Assembly (NCBI GenBank): GCA_041690395.1
Contig: JAWLHJ010000007.1
Coordinates: 32,001 to 96,000, forward strand
Direction of reading: 5' to 3'
DNA: 64,000 nucleotides
Source of the DNA: Longimicrobiales bacterium
GTDB lineage: Bacteria; Gemmatimonadota; Gemmatimonadetes; Longimicrobiales; Gaopeijiaceae
Shown here: positions 59,555 to 64,000 of the stretch, in pieces
Layout of the letters: the number at the start of each line of letters is the position of its first letter
How positions within the stretch are numbered: position 1 is the stretch's first letter
The notes under the pieces: generated by a model
What the model was told of the DNA's origin: nothing
The model's database searches: none
Seen by the model: only the letters and a program-made list of their open reading frames with translations
Program-made: the position numbers and the translations under genes

Positions 59555-62350
59555 CTACCCGGTTCCGGAATCCAGGAGCTGCGCGATGCGCGAATCCTGC
59601 CGAAGCACGACGAAGTCGTGGTGGCCGGACGCGTGCATCCACGGGAAGCCGGAAGACCCGTGGTCGAGCGACTGGGCCAGCGCGTCCAGGGCCCGGCCGG
59701 GCTGGCCCAGGATGGCCGCGGCTCGCGCCGCGTAGATGAGGCGATCTCCGACCTCGTATCCCCAGGATTCGGGGCTGAGGTACTTTTCGGCCGCCTCACG
59801 GTCGCCGAGGCGCGCGGCGGCCACCGCGGCCATCCCCAGGTACGCCGTCGAGGTGGGGTTCGACTCCAAGAGGGCGACGAACGTCGAGAGCGCCTCGTCC
59901 CAGCGCCCCAGGTCGTAGAGGGCGCTCCCCTTCCAGTACCCGTGGGCTTGGTAGTCGGGCTCCGCTTCGATTTGCCGGTCGAGCCATTCCAGCGCCCGGA
60001 GCAGGTACGGCCGAGCCATCTCGGCTGAGGCATGCGCGAGGAGCTCCTCTCCGGCGACGACGAGGGCTGCGCCGTGTGACCAGTAGGTTCGGGGCGGACG
60101 CACGGCGGACCCCTCCAGGCTGACCTCCAGCGCTGTGAGGTCCCCGGCGGCAGCGAGCGCACGGGCCTCGAGGACGGGAGCGAGGGTTCGTTCCGGGTGC
60201 CGACGGATCATCTCGCGGGCGGCCCGTGCCTCCTCCCCGTGGCGAGCCAGGAGGTGGTTGGCGTGCGTCACCTGGGTCCAGTACTGGGCCCAGCCGCGCA
60301 TGGGTCCGTTGTCCGGATCGATGCGCTCCAGAGCCTCTATGGCCTCGGCCGGCCGGTTCATGATGATCGCCTGCCGGGCGAGGTTGTACCCGGCCTGCGA
60401 GCCGGGGGCGATGCTCTCGGAGCGTCTCAGCACCCTCAGGATCTCCTGGCCGTCGGCGCGGAGCATGGCGTCGAGGAACTGCCAACGCAGATCGTCGTAC
60501 TCGCTCAGACGAGCCCGGCGCGCACCGACCACTCGTACGAGCGAGTCGGTGAGTCGACGGTCGCCGTGGTTCCAGGCAGTGGTGGCGCCGTACAGCAGGC
60601 TCATGGTGAATGTGGTGTCCTGCGCGTACGCCTCGAGGAAGACGGGCGTCGCCTGCGTGTACTCCTGGGCCAGGTAGTGGCTCATGGCACGGTCGAACAG
60701 CCGGTAGGCCTCGAACGTCGGCGCGCGGTTCGCCAGCCCGGGGAGGGCTCCCGCGCGCGCTCCGCCGAGGACGGCCAGGCCTCCCATGATGCGGTCCCGG
60801 AGCTCGGCGATGCCGTCTTCCGGCCGGTCGGCGGGGACCCGGACGGATTCGAGCGCGAGTCGCACCCGCTGGCGTTCCGCGTCCACGACCTCCGCCTGGA
60901 AGCGAAGCTCGTCGCCTACCCGGTAGAAGGCCCCGGCGACGACCGTGCGAGCCCCGGTCGCATCGCGCAGATGGGGCGTGGGGTCCACCGCTCCAGCGGT
61001 CCGCGCCTCGCCGGACGCGGCCAGCGCCGAGGGCCATGGCACTACCTGGGCCACGTCGAGGTCCTGAAGTCCCTGGGTGAGCCAATCGCCCGCCAGGCGG
61101 CCCACGAAGTCGAGGGACGGATCACCGGTCTCGTTGCGGAACTCGGCGACGGCGACCGGACCCGGCAGCGCCGCTGCCGTGGCCGCTCCCGGCGCCCCGG
61201 CGCCACGGGTCAGGCCGAAGACGAGCACGACGCCGGCCGCCGCGGTGCCGAGCAGCCAGCCCGCGCTCCGTCGTGGGCGGGCGGTCGCGCGCCCGTCGCG
61301 GGTCTCCACCGCCCCCGTCAGTCGGTCGAGCTCTATCACGATCTCGCGCGCCTCCGGCCGCGCCTCGCGCTCGGGTGAGAGGGCCCGGGCGACGAGCCGG
61401 GTGATGCCCCGGGGCAGGTCCGGGTGCGTGTCCCGGAGGCGCTCGGCGACCTGCTCGCCCGTGGTCCAGGGCGCAGGCCGGACCGCGCCGGTCAGACACT
61501 CGTGGGCGAGCTGGCCCCACGCGAAGACGTCGGCGGGCGGCCCCACGTCGGGGCGCGCCTCGATCTGTTCGGGAGCCATGTACCGCGGTGTCCCCGGCAC
61601 GAAGCCGACTCGTGTCCGAGGCGCGCCATCCGGCGCCGAGCGAAGCGCCTTCGCCACCCCGAAATCCATGAGGTAGGCGTGAGCCCCGGCGCAGAGGACA
61701 TTCCCGGGCTTGAGGTCACGGTGCACGACCCCTTCACCGTGCGCGTAGGCCAGCGCCTCCGCGACGTCGCGAAGGAGGGGGACGGCGGACGCAACGGGGA
61801 TGGGCGCCTCGCGCTGTAGGCGCTCGTACAGCGGCTCGCCCTCCACGTGGGGCATGACGTAGTAGAGCAGGCCGTCCGCGCGTCCCGAGTCGATGAAGGG
61901 CAGGATGTGCGGGTGCGACAGCGCCGAAGCGAGTCGGACCTCCTCGAGAAAGCGGTCCTGTCCGAAAAGCACCTGGGCGTCGGGACGCATGACCTTGAGG
62001 ACGACACGGCGGTCGTGCTTCTTCTCCCACGCCAGGAAGACGACGGCGGTGCCTCCCTCGCCGAGCCGTCCCACGATGCGGTACCGGTCCGCGAGGGCAT
62101 CGGCGACGCGTGCCTCCAGATCGGGCTCTTCCACCGGCGGGCCGAACGCCCCGTCCAGGATCCCGTCGCGTTCGTGCGCGGCCAGGAGCGCCATGACCTC
62201 GCGCGCGAGACGGTCGTCCCCGCCGGAACGCTCCTTCACGAAGGCCTCCCGTCCGCGGGCCGGCTGGTCCAACGCCTGGGCGAACAGGTCGCTGGCGCGA
62301 CGGAACAACTCCCGGTCGGGTCGGGACGATCCCTCCGAGGGTGCGCTCAC
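59555..62350 (-). CDS. Membrane Ser/Thr kinase with TolB-N-like and TPR sensor region (ECF-associated)
   Basis: GEGGTAVV, HRDLKPGN, DFGVAK, GTPRYMAPEQ, TM, VAVAEFRNETGD; GTGA overlap with the ECF gene. Confidence 0.9.
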   Translation of the reverse strand: MSAPSEGSSRPDRELFRRASDLFAQALDQPARGREAFVKERSGGDDRLAREVMALLAAHERDGILDGAFGPPVEEPDLEARVADALADRYRIVGRLGEGGTAVVFLAWEKKHDRRVVLKVMRPDAQVLFGQDRFLEEVRLASALSHPHILPFIDSGRADGLLYYVMPHVEGEPLYERLQREAPIPVASAVPLLRDVAEALAYAHGEGVVHRDLKPGNVLCAGAHAYLMDFGVAKALRSAPDGAPRTRVGFVPGTPRYMAPEQIEARPDVGPPADVFAWGQLAHECLTGAVRPAPWTTGEQVAERLRDTHPDLPRGITRLVARALSPEREARPEAREIVIELDRLTGAVETRDGRATARPRRSAGWLLGTAAAGVVLVFGLTRGAGAPGAATAAALPGPVAVAEFRNETGDPSLDFVGRLAGDWLTQGLQDLDVAQVVPWPSALAASGEARTAGAVDPTPHLRDATGARTVVAGAFYRVGDELRFQAEVVDAERQRVRLALESVRVPADRPEDGIAELRDRIMGGLAVLGGARAGALPGLANRAPTFEAYRLFDRAMSHYLAQEYTQATPVFLEAYAQDTTFTMSLLYGATTAWNHGDRRLTDSLVRVVGARRARLSEYDDLRWQFLDAMLRADGQEILRVLRRSESIAPGSQAGYNLARQAIIMNRPAEAIEALERIDPDNGPMRGWAQYWTQVTHANHLLARHGEEARAAREMIRRHPERTLAPVLEARALAAAGDLTALEVSLEGSAVRPPRTYWSHGAALVVAGEELLAHASAEMARPYLLRALEWLDRQIEAEPDYQAHGYWKGSALYDLGRWDEALSTFVALLESNPTSTAYLGMAAVAAARLGDREAAEKYLSPESWGYEVGDRLIYAARAAAILGQPGRALDALAQSLDHGSSGFPWMHASGHHDFVVLRQDSRIAQLLDSGTG

Positions 62351-62940
62351 GCCTCCTCCTCCGGCAGCTCCTCCGACAACTCGCGGTGCAGCCAGGCGCG
62401 GGCCTTCACCCAGTCTCGCTGGACGGTGCGGCGGGTGACACCGAGCGCCTCGGCGATCTCCTCGTCCTGCAGGCCCCCGAAATACCGGAGCTCCACCACC
62501 TGTCGGAGACGGGCATCGAGCGCGTCCAACCGGTCGAGGGCCTGGTCGAGCGCGAGGATCTGCTCCGGCTCCGAGCCCACCCCCGCGAGCTCCTCGTTTA
62601 GCGTCACCGGGACGGCGCCCCCTCCGCGCTTGCTGGCGGACCAGGCGCGGGCATGATCCACCAGAACCTGGCGCATGGCACGCGCCGCGACCCCGAGAAA
62701 GTGGCTCCGGTTCTCGGTGCCTTTCGGGGGACGCTGAACCAGCTTGAGGTACGCTTCGTTGACCAGCGCCGTCGGCTGGAGCGTGTGGCCGGCGCGCTCC
62801 CGTCCGAGCTGCGCGCGGGCGATACGCTGCAGCTCCTGATACACGAGCGGAAACACCCGCTCGAGCGCCTGGTCGTCTCCGTCCTCGGCCCGCTTCAGGA
62901 GAGCCGTGACGTCGCCGCCGTCGATGGGATGATCGGACAT
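62347..62940 (-). CDS. ECF sigma factor, kinase-associated type
   Basis: FPLVYQEL, HTLQPTALVNEAYLKL, KRGG, ELRYFGGL, TVQRDWVKARAWL. Confidence 0.93.
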   Translation of the reverse strand: MSDHPIDGGDVTALLKRAEDGDDQALERVFPLVYQELQRIARAQLGRERAGHTLQPTALVNEAYLKLVQRPPKGTENRSHFLGVAARAMRQVLVDHARAWSASKRGGGAVPVTLNEELAGVGSEPEQILALDQALDRLDALDARLRQVVELRYFGGLQDEEIAEALGVTRRTVQRDWVKARAWLHRELSEELPEEEA

Positions 62941-63087
62941 GGTCCCCACGTGGATACGATAGACAGGCATGATGGCGACGGCGATCGGCGATCGCCAGGG
63001 CTCCCCCCTACGGTGTCACACGGTTCACGGATTCAGCGCATCTCCCGGTAACGAGTGCGTGATCCACCTTCTGCCGAGGACAACTCC

Positions 63088-64000
63088 GTGAAGACCGCCA
63101 TGCGCTCCGCCGATCTGGACGAGGAGGTCCGGGACGCCTTCAGGGCGCGCCTCCGCGAGATCCACAACAGCGGAGCCCTCGCCCTGGCCGTATCGCTCGG
63201 GCATCGTCTCGGGCTGTTCGACCTCATGGCCGGCATGACGCCTGCCCTGAGCGGGGACGTGGCCGAGGCCGCGGGGCTCGACGAGCGGTACGTGCGGGAA
63301 TGGCTCTCCGCCCTCACGGCGGGGGGCATCGTGGACCTGGATCCGGTCACCGGCACCTTCGTCCTTCCTGCCGAGCACGCGAGCCTCCTCACCCGGCGCG
63401 CGAGCCCCGAGAACATGGCCGTGTCGCTGCAGTTCATCCCGCTCCTCGCCTCGGTGGAGACGGAGCTCGTCACCCGGTTCCAGGAGGGGGGCGGGCTCGG
63501 ATACGAGCATTACGACCGGTTCCACGACGTGATGGCGGAGATGAGCAGCCAGACCGTCGTCAGCGCGTTGTTCGACAGGGTCCTGCCCCTCGTGCCCGAG
63601 CTGCCGGGTCGCTTGCAGCTGGGGATCGACGTGATGGACGTGGGGTGCGGGCGGGGCAGGGCCCTCGTAGCGCTGGCGAGCGCTTACCCGAACAGCCGCT
63701 TCCTCGGGATCGACATCTCCGACGACGCCATCGCCGTGGCTCGTGCCCGGGCCGAGGCGCTGCGCCTGAGAAACATCCGTTTCGAGGTCGTCGACGCGGC
63801 GCGCATGCCCGACGGGAGCTTCGAGCTGGTCACGGCCTTCGATGCGATCCACGATCAGGCCGAGCCGGAGCTCGTGCTGTCGCGGATCCGGTCGCTGCTC
63901 CCGGAGGACGGGGTCTTCCTCATGCAGGAGATGGCGACCAGCAGCCACCTGGAGCGGAATCGCGACCATCCGCTCGGCGCGTTCCTCTACACGCTGTCCT
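63088..64000 (+). CDS. Class I SAM-dependent methyltransferase with N-terminal HTH, 3' truncated by the window edge
   Basis: Missing from the ORF track (no stop in window); GAGGA + GTG 63088; SLGHRLGLF, ERYVREWL, DVGCGRG, AFDAIHD. Confidence 0.85.
   Translation, partial: MKTAMRSADLDEEVRDAFRARLREIHNSGALALAVSLGHRLGLFDLMAGMTPALSGDVAEAAGLDERYVREWLSALTAGGIVDLDPVTGTFVLPAEHASLLTRRASPENMAVSLQFIPLLASVETELVTRFQEGGGLGYEHYDRFHDVMAEMSSQTVVSALFDRVLPLVPELPGRLQLGIDVMDVGCGRGRALVALASAYPNSRFLGIDISDDAIAVARARAEALRLRNIRFEVVDAARMPDGSFELVTAFDAIHDQAEPELVLSRIRSLLPEDGVFLMQEMATSSHLERNRDHPLGAFLYTLS

Noticed and set aside
63025..63969. 314-aa minus-strand ORF at the window end
   Set aside because: Shadow of the plus-strand methyltransferase that runs off the window

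Overview
High-GC bacterial chromosomal segment with about 55 protein-coding genes and no rRNA, tRNA, CRISPR array, transposase or integrase that I can see. Gene style suggests Gemmatimonadota or a similar phylum, which is inference only. In order: partial Fe-S repair protein (Ric) with a SufR-like regulator; a minus-strand sugar operon (PQQ dehydrogenase, 20-aa bridging mini-ORF, nucleotidyltransferase, GalK-like kinase with an E-to-K sugar-site change, Tat-exported oxidoreductase, CTG-started EEP lipoprotein); a SatD + DUF3307 pair behind four ordered TGCA-N8-TGCA operator-like boxes; a Tat serine hydrolase divergent from an RCC1-Fn3 lipoprotein; cysK; PadR with a membrane partner; an orphan GspG-like pilin coupled to a membrane protein carrying a duplicated domain; hrpB; two ECF sigma/Ser-Thr kinase modules; a Flp/Tad pilus operon extended by DUF192, an extra AAA+ ATPase, a beta-repeat membrane protein and two lipoproteins; then NlpC/P60, ADP-forming acyl-CoA ligase, TPR lipoprotein, amidohydrolase pair, fused 2-oxoacid dehydrogenase E1, an orphan response regulator, an APC-EIIA-RCK fusion, ychF, OmpA/MotB lipoprotein, cupin, Ca/Na antiporter and a partial methyltransferase. 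Sigma54-type promoters precede both pilin genes. Best candidates for an undescribed system: (1) SatD (cyclase-like domain + HTH) with DUF3307 and its operator array; (2) the extended Tad operon with a second ATPase. All family calls come from motif reading; no searches were run.
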